Origin: Mobula hypostoma
Taxonomy: Eukaryota
Assembly: GCF_963921235.1 (NCBI RefSeq)
Contig: NC_086097.1
Location: forward strand, 201,192,001 to 201,256,000
Length of the DNA: 64,000 nt
Direction: 5' to 3'
This document shows, piece after piece, positions 10,590 to 25,219 of this stretch; within the stretch, counting starts at the first letter, position 1, and each line of letters starts with the position of its first letter. The notes under the pieces were generated by a model, which searched no databases, was not told the DNA's origin, and saw nothing but the letters and a program-made list of their open reading frames with translations. Position numbers and translations under genes: made by a program.

Positions 10590-12215
10590 TTGTGAGAGTG
10601 TGGACTGAGCTGCCAGCACAAGTGGTGCAATCGAGCTTGATATCAACATTTAAGAGAGGTTTGGATAGGTACATGGATGGTTTGGGTATGGAGGGCTATG
10701 GCCCCGGTGCAGTTCGATGGGAATAGGCAGTTTAAATGGTTCTGCATGGGCAAAATGGGCCAAAGGGTCTGTTTCTGTGCTGTACTTTTCTATGACTCAG
10801 GTTCTATAAGTGACCTGGACATGCTCCAATTTGGTTACCATCACAACAGATCAAGAGCAAATGCCATCTCTTTGGACCTTCACTCAGCTCTGGAACACCT
10901 GGACAATAAAGATGCATACATCAGATTTGATTAGGGAGCTTAAGGTAAAGAAACTCTTAGGATGCAGAGATCATAATATGATAGAATTCACACTACATAT
11001 TGAGAGGCAGAAACTAAAGTTCGAAGTATCAGTATTAGCGTGCAGTAAAGGGAATTACAGTGGTTTGACAGAGAAGCTGGCCAAACATGAATGGAAGAGG
11101 TTACTAGCAGGGATGACAGCAGAACAGCAATGGCTAGAGTTTTTGGGAACAATTCTGAAGGGGTAGGATAGATAAATCCTAAAGATGAAGAATATTCTAA
11201 AGTGAGCATGAGGCAACTGTGGTTGACAAGGTAAGTCAAAGACTGCAAAAAATGTAAAAGAGGACATATAAGATGGCAAAAATTAGTGGGTAGTTAGAGT
11301 ATTGGGAAGCTTTTAAAACCAACAAAAGGCAACTGACAAAGCCATTAGGGGAGAAAAGATGAAAATGAAGGCAAGCTAGCCAATAATATAAAAGAGGATA
11401 CCAAAAGATTTTTCAAATACATAAAAAGCAAAAGAAAGTGAATATCAGACCACTGGAAAATGATGCTGGAGAGGGAGTAAATGGGGGACAAAGAAATGGT
11501 AGACGAATTTAATAAATATTTTGTGTCAGTCTTCACTGTAGAAGACACTAGCTCGACAGAAGCTTGAGAGTGTCAGGAGGCAGTCATGAGTGTAGTTGTT
11601 ATTAATAAGGAGAAAGTGCTTGGGAATCTGAAAGGTCTCAAAGTATAGCTAAGTCACCTGGACCAGATAGACTATACAACAGGATTCTGAAAGAGGTAGC
11701 TGAAGAGATTGTGAAGGCATTAGTAATGATCTTGCAAGAATAACTAGTATTGGAATGGTTTTAGAAGACTGGAAAACTACAAATGTCACTCCACTCTTGA
11801 AGAAGAGTGGAGGCAGAAGAAAGGAAATGATAGGCTAGTTAGCTTGATCTCAGTGGTTGGGAAGATGATGAAGTTCATTATTAAGGGACTTGGGAGTTCT
11901 TGTGGAGGATTACCTAAAGGGTAACTTACAGGTTGAGTCAGTGGTGAGGAAGGCAAGTGTAATGTTAGTATCCATTTCAAGAGGGTTAGAATGTTAGCAT
12001 ATGGCTCTGGGCTGGTACTCACTGGGGAGGAGAGGGGGAAATCTCATTAAAACATATTGAATATTGAAAGCCCTAGATAGAGTGGATAGGAGAGGATGTT
12101 TCCTCTCGTGGGGGAGTCTATGACCAGACGGCACAAACTCAGAATAGAATAGGGGTTCCCAGCCTCGGGTCCACAGTCCTCTTGATTAATAGTTGGGGTC
12201 CATGACATAAAAGTT
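10590..12215 (+). mobile_element. Nested CR1 and Rex1 fragments
   Basis: CR1 tail (10590-10800), Rex1 piece (LHSALEHLDNKDAYIR) and CR1 ORF2 pieces (DHNMIEF, EQQWLEFL). Confidence 0.8.
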
Positions 12216-12239
12216 CTATTCAAAAGATTCAAAGGAACA

Positions 12240-13048
12240 TCTGAATAAGCCTGATGCATTTTGGAAATAAGTCCTGTGGATTGATGAAGTTAAAATAGAA
12301 CTTTTTGGCCACAATGAGCAAAGGTATGTTTGGAGAAAAAAGGGTGCAGAATTTCATGAAAAGAACCCCTCCTCAACTGTTAAGCACGGGGGTGGATCAA
12401 TCATGCTTTGGGCTTGTGTTGCAGCCAGTGGCACGGGGAACATTTCACTGGTAGAGGGAAGAATGAATTCAATTAAATACCAGCAAATTCTGGAAGCAAA
12501 CATCACACCATCTGTAAAAAAGCCAAAGATGAAAAGAGGATGGCTTCTACAACAGGATAATGATCCTAAACACACCTCAGAATCCACAATGGACTATCTC
12601 AAGAGGCACAAGCTGAAGATTTTGCCACGGCCCTCACAGTCCCCTGACCTAAACTGTGGATAGACCTCAAAAGAGCAGTGCATGCAAGACGGCCCAAGAA
12701 TCTCAGACAACTAGAAGCTTTTTGCAAGGAAGAATGGGCGAAAATCCCCCAAACAAGGATTGAAAGACTCTGAGCTGGCTACAAAAAGCATTTACAAACT
12801 GTGATACTTGCCAAAGGGGGTGTTACTGCCATGCAGGGGGCCCAAACTTTTGTTTTGGGCCCTTTTCCTTTTTTGTTATTTTGAAACTGTAAAAGATGGA
12901 TATAAAAAAGTTTTCTTGCTTGAAATATTAAAGAATTGTGTCATCTTTAACTTTATGCCTTTTGGAGATCAGTTCATCTTTTATTGGCTTAGCTATTCAC
13001 AGTAACAGAAATTTTGATCAGGGGTGCCCAAACTTTTGAATGCCACCG
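12240..13048 (+). mobile_element. 5'-truncated Tc1 transposon (IR/DR type)
   Basis: VLWIDEVKIE, VKHGGGSIMLWAC, LQQDNDPKHTS and PSQSPDLN (catalytic E deleted). Direct repeats cagggg.gcccaaacttttg at ~12834 and ~13019; ends at TA. Confidence 0.92.
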
Positions 13049-15799
13049 TATGTACTTTGAAAATTAATTTTCACTTTACTTTGAAATTAATGTGTTGATG
13101 CAGGGCAGCTGTTTAGGGAAGTACAACTAGCTAGAAGTATATTAGTGAGCCCCAAGCCTCAAATTCTTTGAACCCCACTGGAAGGGAGTAGCAGCTCAGA
13201 AATTTACATTTACTCAAGTGCTTTTTAAAGATCAATATGGCACGAGCCAAGAATGATAGTGAACACATAACAAAGTTAAAATGAATTTACAGAGAGAGTA
13301 TTATAAACAAAATATTTGAAATGGTGTTTGTTTCATGTTCTATGTAGAATAAACTTTAAAAGAGAAATGTACAAAGAAGGCAGTGAATGACTGTTTGCCA
13401 AGGCTTTCAAAAATTACGTTCAAACTAGACTAAATACAAAACGTGCTAGAAATAATCAAATATTGAAACTACACTTCTCCACTTTCATTATCAACTTTGG
13501 ATGACAAAAATTGGATTTTGGGCATCTCGACAGTAATTAAACTGTTGCTCAAGTATTCCATTGTTGACATTAACACCAAGTGCTTTTATTTTAAATGTAA
13601 TATTTTTTATGTCATAGTAGAGATGGTTGTTTGAATAGCTCGATGGGAGTAATGATGTAATTTGTTGTGATAAGCCTTTCAAAAGGTTGGATTTCACATA
13701 AAAAGATTTACTAACTTTTAAATAGGAGACAAGACTTTGCCTTCATGTGAAATTAATTTATTTATCAGAAATGCACTTTAGTAAATTATAGCAGTAACAT
13801 CGATGGTGGCCTATGGGTCTGCCGAATATTTCACTTACAATATTGCACTCAGAGTATTGGACATGCACCTAAATATCTCAACTCTACCTGCAAAATAATG
13901 GTGCATGGCTTAGCAGTAAAACAAAATGGCACTAAACTTATGAGTTTAATCCAGCAGAAAGTATGGCTATAAACAAGATAAATGCCTGCTATTGATTTCA
14001 TGTTTAATTGCTCCGAGCATACTGACAAAGCTCATCAAATGCACTTCCAAAAGTTTTAAAATACAAATTATTTTAAAACAACTTCTGCCCATATCAAAAT
14101 TACAACTATTCACAATACTCATTACACTAAAAGTGCTCCTTCCTTTAACAGGTTAATGACTAACAGACAAAAGGAATAAAGTTGCAGTATGTAAGCCCAT
14201 TGCATCGCAAATGAGTTACTCAGTGAAGTCTTCAATAGTGGGTTTGATTGAAACAGCTGTTTATTACTGCCCTAAGCTCTGCTATAAACTAAAACCTTTT
14301 AAAAATGCTGTACATTACTGCCCAGCAAGAACATTGTAATATTTAGAAAGTTTTAATGATTGTAAATGAAAACATACATGCCAACATTAAAATAACACTT
14401 AACAGGCCATTCCATATTTAAGAACATGCAGTGTGCTAAGCATTATATTTCAATAAAGCCACAGTACAAAGTATTGATGAGATGATTGATAAATATGGCC
14501 ATGTTCACAAACTAATACTGAACTGAATCGCATTAGATGATTTATTACATAACTGAATTATATGAATCTTATTCAAAATGCTTATACAAAATTATATATA
14601 TATATGGAATGACCAAAACAGAATTGATTGATATGATTTAGAAAACAAATTATGCTGTTAAACTATACCTAAATCTACCTGTAGATACTAGTAACTTTTA
14701 TTCTCAGCTTTAAATTTTAATTACAGTATCTTCAAAATATTTGCTTTTGAAAATGCACCCAACTATTTGCATGACACAAGAATACATTTTTCAAAAGCAA
14801 AAATTCTGACAGGATTTGAAAGAGTTGGAAATAACTTTGGAATACTCATATATAGGTAATAATAAGTGAATTAGAGTTATATTTTATAGGGTGATACATC
14901 TAATGGTTTCACCTATTTAAACTGAGCAAATAGCTAAGAATCTCTTTTACAAAATTGGTTTGAAAACATCATTATCTTATTGTCAGGAGTGTAAAAATTG
15001 GAATAAGATCGTTGACCCTTCTAATGCTTATAATATATATAAATGAAGGCTGTGGCTTCACCATATGTAACAGAAGCCCAGTTAATAAACAGTAACTATG
15101 TTTTCAGTCTTCACTGTACATGTTCTTTATAACTATTGGCTCTAGTGTATACTGCTTGATTTTTTACACTTTGTACCTTTTGTAAACATGGACTCTGCTG
15201 ACAGAAAGCATTCACATTTAGCAGTTTTAACTCCCCTTCAGCCCATGTCATCATCATTATGCACCGAGCTGTAACACATGGGTGGTCATGGTCTTTGACC
15301 ACGATTGTACTTGGCAAATTTTTCTACAGGCGAGGTTCACCATTGCCTTCTTCTGAGATTGTGTCTTTACAAGACAGGTGACCCCAGGTATTACTAATTC
15401 TCATCAGAGAATGTCTGCCTGGTGTCAGTGGTCCCATAACCAGAGTGTGATATACACTAGCTGCTCATACGACCATCCACCACCTGCTTCCATGGCTTCC
15501 CATTACCCATATCAGGGGTCTAAGCAGGTGCTACACCTTTCCCAAGGGTTATCTGCAACCTAACCTAGCAGGGAGAAATAGCGTCTTACACATCTTCTGG
15601 TAGAGACGTATCTCCATCCCACCCCCCGCCCCATCAGCCCAGATATCCTTCTCAAATACGCCATCAAAAAAATCACAATTTCAGTGCTGCTATACACTGC
15701 TCCTCTTCTTTAGTATCCTTTGATGTTTAGTTTTGTGAGTTCTGACATAGCTCGTGAGACCAACATGGGAATCACTCAATCTTTCTGTCGTCCTCCATT

Positions 15800-15930
15800 C
15801 TCAGCTGGGTAGACTGAAGCATTGTGTGGTTAAGTGCCTTACTCAAGGACACACATGCTGCCTTGGCCGAGCCTCGAACTCATGGCCTTCAGATCGCTGG
15901 TCCAATGCCTGAACCACTTGGCCACGCGCC
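15800..15930 (-). mobile_element. tRNA-derived SINE head
   Basis: A box tggccaagtgg, B box gagttcgaggc, then gtgtccttgagtaaggcacttaacc. Confidence 0.7.
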
Positions 15931-16212
15931 ACACATAATAGTGGAACATGAGCAATCGATTACTCATGTCTGACCAGCTTTGGTTCATGTGGTAGCATGA
16001 CCTTCATATAAACATATAATATCACAAAACATTGTAGTTTCAGTTTTAATAACCTGCAAACCTCAACAAGTTCTTTATACTTGCTGCCCTGAGACAAGGT
16101 TCAATCTGTTGCATTTCATTGTCCCTAAATAAAACAAGTATCTTTCTTTTTGAAAAAGTAAAAAAACTGTATTCATGGACATTGTTACCTTTGCAAACAC
16201 TGGCAACAGAAA

Positions 16213-16640
16213 GTTCAAAGGTCAAAGTAAATTTATTATCAAAGTACATATACGAGGTATATCACCATATACAACCCTGAGATTCATTTTCTTGTGGGCA
16301 ACCTCAGGAAATTCAATAACCAAAACAGAATCAATAAAACACCACAACCAATAGGGAGGACAACCATTGTGTAAAAGAAAATAAAATAATAATCAATAAG
16401 TAAGCAATAAATATTGAGAACATGAGATGAAGAGTCCTTGAAAGTGAGCCCATAGTATGTGGGAACAATTCGGTGATGGAGTAAGTGAAGGTGAGTGAAG
16501 TTATCCCCTTTGGTTCAAGATCCTGATGATTGAGGGGTAATAATTGTTCCTTAACCTGGTGGTACAAGTCCTGAGGCTCTCGTACGTTCTTCCTGATACA
16601 GCAGTGAGAAGAGAGCATGACCTGCGTGATAGCGGTCCCT
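16213..16640 (-). mobile_element. Rex1-type LINE 3' end
   Basis: RSLRTCTTR-like C-terminus and (tttgaac)-type tail; similar pieces at 24905-25210 and 52700-53130. Confidence 0.7.
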
Positions 16641-17317
16641 ACTATTCAGAGGTTGCTTTTGTGGTTATCATAGATTTCAGTGAGAATATTCTTACTGTGC
16701 AGAATTCTCAAGCAGTTTTTTTTAAACTGAGGCTTAAGAATGAGACTTGCTTTGTGAACAACCTGAGAAGAAACTTTAATGTTGCGAGTTTTCATAGAAT
16801 CACAGAACTTTGTTGCATTGAAGGAGGCCATTTAACTCATCATATCCACACTGGACGAAATAAGTCTTAGATAAACCTCTTTCCATAGCCATACAGATTA
16901 TGGCCTGTCAAGCGATCATATAAGGTCTTGTTAAATGTATTGATAGTTTCTGCCTTCACTACCTCTTCAGGCAAAGAATTCCAGACTCTCAACACGTCCT
17001 CACTTCCCTCTAACCCTCTGACTATCATAAACTCCAACAGCCTAGTTAGACCCCTTGCTCAGGAACATAGTATAGCATTGTGTAGGCTTCTCATAAGTTT
17101 ATACGCTTCAATTAAATCCATTGCAGTCATTTTTGTTTCAAAGGACATAATCCTAGCCTGGCCAATCTTTCCTCATAACTATATTCTTCAACTCTGACAA
17201 CATACTCATGTATTTTCTCTCCAGTGCTAACATACACTTTGTGTAGTATAATTACCAGAACTACATATAGAAGTCTACTACTGTATAGCTGTAGCCTATC
17301 AAATATTTTGAAGACAC

Positions 17318-18405
17318 AAACATGAGGAAATCTGCAGATGTTGGAATTTCAAGCAACACACACAAAAAATGCTGGTGAACGCAGCAGGCCAGCAGCATCT
17401 ATAGGAAGAGGTACAGTCAACGTTGCGGGCTGAGACCCTCCGTCAGGACTAACTGAAAGAAGAGATAGTAAGAGATTTGAAAGTGGGAGGGGGAGGTGGA
17501 GACCCAAAATAATAGGAGAAGACAGGAGGGGGAGGGATGGAGCCAAGAGCTGGAAAGTTGATTGGCAAAAGGGATATGAGGCTGGAGAAGGGAGAGGATC
17601 ATGGGATGGGAGGCCTAGGGAGAAAGAAAGGGGAAGGGCAGGAAGCCCAGAGGATGGGCAAGCAGTATAGTGAGAGGGACAGAGGGAGAAAAAGGAGAGA
17701 GGAAAAAAATTAAATAATAATAAATAAATAAATAACGGTTGGGGTACAAAGGGGAGGTGGGGCATTACAGAAGTTAGAGAAGTCAATGTTCATGCCATCA
17801 GGTTGGAGGCTACCCAGATGGAATATAAGGTGTTATTCCTCCAACCTGAGTGTGGCTTCATCTTGACAGTAGAGGAGGCCGTGAATAGACATATCAGAAT
17901 GGGAATGGGACATGGAATTAAAATGTGTGGCCACTGGGAGATGCTGCCTTCTCTGGTGGATGGAGCGTAGGTGTTCAGCGAAACGGTCTCCCAGCCTGCG
18001 TTGGGTCTCACCAATGTATAGAAGGTTGCATCGGGAGCACCGGACGCAGTATATCACTCTAGCCGACTCATAGGTGAAGCGTCGCCTCACCTGGAAGGAC
18101 TGTCTGGGGCCCTGAATGGTGGTGAGGGAGAAAGTGTAAGGGCATGTGTAGCACTTGTTCCACTTACAAGGATAAGTGCCGGGAGGGAGATCAGTGGGAA
18201 GGGATGTGGAGGACGAATGGACAAGGGAGTCGCGTAGGGAGCGATCCCTGCGAAAAGTGGGGGGGGGGAGGGAAAGATGTGCTTAGTGGTGGGATCCCGT
18301 TGGAGGTGGCGGTAGTTACGGAGAATTATATGTTGGACCCGGAGGCTGGTGGGGTGGTAGGTGAGGACAAGGAGAACCCTATTCCTGGTGGGGTGGCGAG
18401 AGGAT
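17318..18405 (-). mobile_element. Penelope-like element (GIY-YIG endonuclease and pseudo-LTR)
   Basis: VIYCVRCSRCNLLYIGETQRRLGDRFAEH...PVATHFN...H in ORF 17833-18090; hammerhead-like terminal sequence at 17415-17455. Confidence 0.9.
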
Positions 18406-20216
18406 GGTAGCCTCCCTAGTTTTACGTTCTATGCCTTGGCTATAAAAGGGAATTATTCTATCTGCCACCATAAAAACATTATTGTCATAATCCCACAACC
18501 TTCAGGGATTTGTACACATGTAGTCAAAGATTACCCTGTTCCCCAGCACTCCTATTATTCTACAATTATTCATATAGTCCCTCGTTTTGCTTGATTTCTC
18601 CAAATGCACTATACATCCCTATTCTGTCTTTAATTCTATTTGCCGCTTTGCACTCACCTAATTAGTTAATTGTCATTTTCCTGTAGCCTAGATTTTTTTC
18701 ACTGTCGACCACATTGTCAATTTTAATATTATTGGTAAATTTAATTGTGCTACCATATTTAAGTAAAACTTAATTACATGTGTGGTACATACTACTGACC
18801 CCTGCTGAATCCCAATGCATACAATGGAAAGTGCCCATAAGTTATTTCCATTTCACATCATGGCCAGACACAGAAGAATATTTCCAATTCATATTATTCC
18901 AGGTACAATACCACTAATCTACAATTCCCTGGGTCCATGATTACTGTTCACTTCCCACTCTCTAAGACCTAGCTCCCAAAAGGGAAATAACCTCACAGTC
19001 AACCAATATACCAGCCCTTTATCCAAGTATCTCCAATTTCAATTGCCCAACCCTTAGAGTTCACTGACTCTTAGGTCAAAGGCCCACTCCCATCCAACCC
19101 TCTTTCACCCAAAGATGCCAATCACTAGCCAGCCAACTCCCAATATTGCCTCACCACTCTCTAGGCCCAAATAAGACAGTCATCATAACCCTTGCCACTA
19201 GTCTTCTGACCGCAAGCCCTGTTTCACCCATAATCCCCAGATCTCGTCCAGCATTTCCTTCTCAAAATTAGATGTGCAATGCTCAAGTTTACAGCCAGTT
19301 ACTTTTCTGTTATATATCTTACACTGCATCGCATAACTGAAGAAGCCTACAATCATTATGGATACTTTGAAATGCTGTACAATGAATACTGTCATTGCTT
19401 GCTGCCTCCATATTCAATACATTTATGGCATGTCACACAAGTACAATAAAAATAGCATGTGCATAGGTTAGTGATTGTATATAATACTGGAAAACTTGTT
19501 TCTCAGAAACTGTGTAAGCACCCTAACTCAGTGTATTTTTAGCTCAGGTTTATTGGTGGGAGCCTTCAGATTAAATTCAGACAGCTTCCTATAGTATCAA
19601 AAAAGTATTAAACTACTTATATATTATTGAGAAACCTTCATATGACAGAAGGTTATTACATTGAGGATTCATGTCGTAAGAATTACTGATAAATTGGCTG
19701 ACTTTACTCCACCTCAATTGAGAATTAGGTCTGTGGGCATGCAACAATGATAACTGTTGTTAAACTATATGCAGAGCCATGATAAAAAATATCATTTTAT
19801 GTGTACTGATTGCTAATAAGATAGATTCTGCCCAGTGAGGCAAAACACAAATTAGCTTAAAATAGGATTGGAGTAATTAATGTTAAATGTGCTAATTTGT
19901 TTACAAAATACAACTCCATTTTTGGGAATTCTATTTATGGAAAAATCTTGTTTGTTCTATCAAAAAGTCACTTCATCAAGAAACAACTATACAAGCATTG
20001 ATTAAAACTGACAGCTTGATAAAACAGAAAAAGAAGAGAAATTCAGTTGTCAGAGAAAACAATTCTACTTGAAACTAATTTGACTTTGTTGACCTGAATT
20101 GCATTTCTAGGGCTTTCAATGTAAACATAGTAATGTATTGTCATGACTTCAGGCTGTAGTGTTAATGTATTTCCATAAATTCCCAACAATTTTAAATGGT
20201 TTTCTCTAAGCATATA

Positions 20217-21031
20217 CAATGGATTCTGATGAAATGAGACACATCAGGATGAGCACATTTTGGCTCAATTAAGTAGCTGCCCCAAATAGCTGAAGTTTCA
20301 TGGAAATAGTGAATAAGTTATAAAAAGGTCCAAACTGTTAATAAACTGAATTTTAAAAGTACGCTTTTAATAAAATACAGAACAAATTTGAACACTTACA
20401 AAACTACGACAGTACTATAAAACTGTGATTTAATTCCTAATAGTTATCAACGGAGGAATTAATCCAGTATACACTCCTCTGTTATTTTGATTGACTGTAA
20501 ATGAACAAAATCAGAGCAGACAACCTGCCCAAATAATGGACTGGCTTCAAACAATGCCTTCTCATTGCATTCCCCAAATCGTCATTTTCATTGTCCATTC
20601 AAGAAGATTGTCAATAACTTCAAAGTCTTCTTAGTTCCTAACTATGTAGTAGTAAGATCATTTTATTTTCACTCCTGGCCATTTCTGGCATCTCCAAAAT
20701 TGAATGCTTGAAACTGCAGTGAGCAAAATCATTCTGAATTGTGTTATTGTCTTGCTGCTTATTACTTGCCAACTATCAATGATAAATATCACAGCTTTCT
20801 GAATACAAACACACACAACTGACGCTATCTAAAAACTGTTGGCTCAAACGGCCACACAACATGCATGCAAATGATGCTAGTTAGAAACTGTTTGGTAACA
20901 GTCTTCTATCCCAATTAAGTGACATAGTGACCCTAATAAACATAGGGAATCACGGCTATTTTCTCGATTTGTTTTTGTTCATTAAGGGTTGTCCTGAATT
21001 AACAGCTGTCCCAATTAACTGGAGTCCATTG
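20217..21031. mobile_element. Non-autonomous Tigger/pogo-type DNA transposon
   Basis: TA|caatggattctgatgaaatgagaca ... tgtcccaattaactggagtccattg|TA imperfect TIRs. Confidence 0.75.
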
Positions 21032-21499
21032 TATTAAGAAGTACAATTGAGTGGTTAGGTAAGGTCTAGGGACAGTCTTTAAATATTTTAACCTAAAATA
21101 TATCGCATTTGTCAATTTTTCTTTAAATAATGCTACTGCAAAATTGCAATTCTATTATCTCCTCTCATGTGAGGGGCCTGATAGTCATTCAATGCTGTTT
21201 TCATGTGCTACATTAGAGCCTTTTTCCCATTTTAATTCAATACTTCTGATTGATGCTTCAAACAATGTGCTCTGTATTTAAAACCTTTGACTTAAAAATC
21301 CTACAATTGTAACTAACACACAATATCTATAGAATGTCAGCAAGCCGTAAGATATATAGAATGATAGTGGATAGTTTCAATCTATGTATTATTATTATTT
21401 TCACTAAATGTCATATAGCCCTTAGATCATGCCCTGGGGCCTTTGCTTGCGGCATTCACGAGGAATACTCAACATATGGCTTTTCACTGTCCACAAGCT

Positions 21500-22180
21500 G
21501 GTGGTGGTGGGGAGGCATGATTCTTTCTTTAGCACTTGTGGGTTCTTGGTGTGTAGTAAAGCAGTTAATAGCCACACATACTGTACTTTAATGATTGCCA
21601 TCAGCACCCAGTGGTTGATAAAACAATGTATCAAAAGTCACAGGGTATGGCACCATAGTGTTTCCTCTTCTCTTCATAGACAGCCCTTTGGAATTGAGAA
21701 TTGGACTTATGGGACTGCTGGGAGCCAACACAGACTCAATAACAGGAAATACATGATGGCATGGTTTGGAAGGTGGAGCAGTCCTTCTGTAACTTTTCCT
21801 GGGCTTTAGCATGCACAACAAAATACACAGAACCTTCCAGGTTGCTCATTCTCTATTATGATTAGTCACAACTAAGTACCTGCTTGGGGAGTCGGCTGCT
21901 GGGATAAAAAGCTGCCCAGTGAAGCTAATTGATTGTGATGAGGGTCTTAACGTTGAAGATGTTAGTGTGGAAGAGAACTCTGACATTGGTCCACTTAACA
22001 TGCAATGGATTTTAAGAATTTTTTTTGAGATATCACTTAATGCTCTGAGATGTCTTTTATAGGTAGTATGTACCTCCAAAGGTGATTGGAGATCATTGTT
22101 GCTCATGAACGGAGCCAGATTTGAGGTCTTGATCATGGATGATTCATTTCCTCAGATGGTTAATGATTAAAGTGAAGCAA
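21500..22180 (-). mobile_element. Old RTE-clade LINE fragment
   Basis: TTYKRHLRAL...KKILKIH and RLPKQVL-type C-terminal RTE motifs, frameshifted. Confidence 0.7.
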
Positions 22181-25100
22181 CAGAGATGGTCTCAACTTAT
22201 GGAAAAATATCCATGTTTCAGGGTCTTGTCATGTACCTTTATTGCTGGGAAGGCACAAAATTTCTACATAAACTGTAATCAGTTCTATAACTATTTTAAA
22301 ACGTAGTTTAATCATTTACTTTTCACGATTCTTATTTCAAAATAGACAACCTTCCTTACTACAATTATCTTTGTTTATAAGCACAAAGCAAATTGCAGTT
22401 GACAGAACATTTCAGTTTGTTCTGCTATTTTATTTCATGCTTGCTTTTCGTGTGCAAGTAACAAAACAGTCTAGATTTGAACCTAATTCCCTTAAGGATA
22501 AGGGAAGATTCCATGATTTCAGATTTCATGAATGGGATATCCTGTAAATTTCCTTTTAAAACATTTCCCCTAACAGAAATTTGCAACTACAAGTGTGTAA
22601 GGGCATCCAATTTTGTGCGAACATGACACTTCCACTTCTCCCAACACCTTTCCTTACAGCTTTTCCAATGACGATTGTCTAATTAGTGCAAATTGTATTC
22701 ATGCATATATAGCAGACATACGTCCACTGGGAAAAACGTTGGGATGGCTCATACACATTTTATTCGACCCTTAATAACTGTCAAAGAGAAAAAAAAACTT
22801 TCATCCCCATCACATTGAACAAGATTTGAACTCATTTCCCTTGAGCAGAAGGACAATGATCAAATCCACTGCATCAAGCAGACCTTACTTAATTTATGAA
22901 TTTACTTCATGTATGTGTATATATAGTGGTCTGGAAACCTGAGTCTATACAATACTGAAAAAATATTATACCACACAATAGAATTCATTAGTTTCTGAAA
23001 AACCCAATGAATAATGCATTTCTCCATCTAGTATTAACCCCTTGAATACAAGAAGTGATTATTAGTCTCTCTGTGCAGGGCTGGTTAACCTAGAGACCGA
23101 GACAGATTATCAACCACAACAGCATTGGAATTTACATTCAGATGATAATCTGAAAGTAATGTTAAAGTAAATTATGATATTATTATTGTTATTATTAGCA
23201 ATAATAGCCTCATAATACTGATCATGTTAAAATTAACTGAATAATGATAAGAATTATATTGCTCATAAAGCTACCAGATTGCTGTGAAAACCTATCTGGT
23301 TTCACCAATGATTTTTGTGGAGGAAGTCTGCCATTCTTATCCAGTCTGCTCTCTATTAAGCACTATGCCTGCAACAATGTGGTTGACTTCTTAACTGTCT
23401 CTTAAGATTCCCTAGCCAACCACTCAGCATTATCATAACTGGTACAGAAATGAAGAAAATTTATGAAACATGATAGACCAACCAACCTTAGCCTAGGTAT
23501 ACAGTCATGGAGAAGTCACTCACAGCCCAGCTCACTTTGCAAAGTTCTCTTCGCTATCATTTAGGGACTGGAGCCCAATAGAGAGAGTTGCCTGCAGACT
23601 CACTTAGCAACACACTAACATAATTATAATTACAGAATTACAACCTACAAAGAACGTGCCAGACTTTTTCATCACAGACAGGTATGTCCTTCCCTCTAGC
23701 AGGAAAAGCTTGGTATTACAGGCAGGCGGCAATCCTTGAATGAGGAACCAGTGAGGACGAAGCCTGCTGGCCCACTGGTTCAGCGAATCCCCCCAGGCCG
23801 GCGAGTCCCAAGATTGGATGTCCATGTGAGAACCAGACATAAGGGCTGGAGACTACTTAGGCAGTGAGTCGGTGGTCCAAGTTTCTCTGGAGTTCAGGGT
23901 CCCATTATCTGCTAGTCCTGAGGTTGATACTAAAGATCGAAGCCCAAAGGTGGATCGGAAGCCCTGGATCTATAACTCTGAAGTCCACAGGGAAAGTCAG
24001 AGTCCACTGATGACTGGAGGCCCAGAAGCCTGTCCTGGGGTTGGAGAACTGTCCATGTGTGTGGGTGGGTGGGAGGGATGAGTAGGGCTCGTTTTGTTGT
24101 TGTTGTTTTGTTGCTTGTTATGCTCTTCTTTGTCCTGTTCTGTGTTGTTCTGCTGGACATAGTGGGCAACAATGTTGGTGCTCGAACGTGTGGAGACACT
24201 TGCTGGTTGTCCCCAGCAAATCCTTATGTTGTATTGGATTTTAATGCAAACACATTTCACTGTATGCTTGCATGTATGTCATCAATAAATAGATGATTCT
24301 GCATATGAATCTGACTACTACTCCTATGAAGGTTTATGGCAACAGGTGAAACGTATGAAAAGTAAATTGATTACAACCTTCTCTCACTTCTAAGCTGATA
24401 AATGCACATTCCTCCATGTTCAGCATCACTTGGAAGAAATATTGAGAGTGGCAATAGCACAGAATCTACTCCTGCTGATGACTCTGATGTCACTTGCTAA
24501 AAGCAAATTGGTAGCATTGCTGCAGATGAACTCCTGAAAGATATAGCTGCCAGACTAGTTCTCCAGTAGGTCATGAGTGAACAGGGGATAGAGGCAAATT
24601 GACCTTTTCCATGACAAGGAAGCTGTGGACTATCAATAATTGTAGAACAATATACCATCACAATCTGTAATCTTAATGACCCAGCATGTTCAATACTCTA
24701 CTCCTATATGTAAACCAGGAAATAAATCCTGGTTCAATGAGGTTTGGCATGGGCCCATTGGGAACAGCACCTAGCAGACCAAAAAATGAGGAGTCAATTG
24801 TCAAAGCTGAATCACAGGACTGTATGCATACTAAACTGCAAAAGTGAGAGCAATCAAAAGTAAAGGAAAATCAAAAAATCTGCAGATGCTGGAAATCTGA
24901 AATAAACAAATGTTCAGAGTTCAAAGTAAATTTATTAACAAAGTTCATATATGTCACCATGTACTAACTTGAGATTCATTTTCTTGCGGGCATACATAGC
25001 AGACTAAAGACATACAATAGAATCAATGAAAAATTACAAACAAAGACTGACAAACAACCAACATGTGAAAGAAGGTAATCTGTGCAAATACAAAAAATAC

Positions 25101-25219
25101 CATAAAAATGTTATTAAATAATACTGAGAACATGAGTTGTACAGACTTTGAAAATGAATCCATAGGTTGTGGAATCAGTTCAGAGTTGAGGTGAGTGAAG
25201 TTATCCATGCATACATGTA

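Noticed and set aside
15830..15930. tRNA gene
   Set aside because: A and B boxes are followed by SINE body sequence; no full cloverleaf or terminator.
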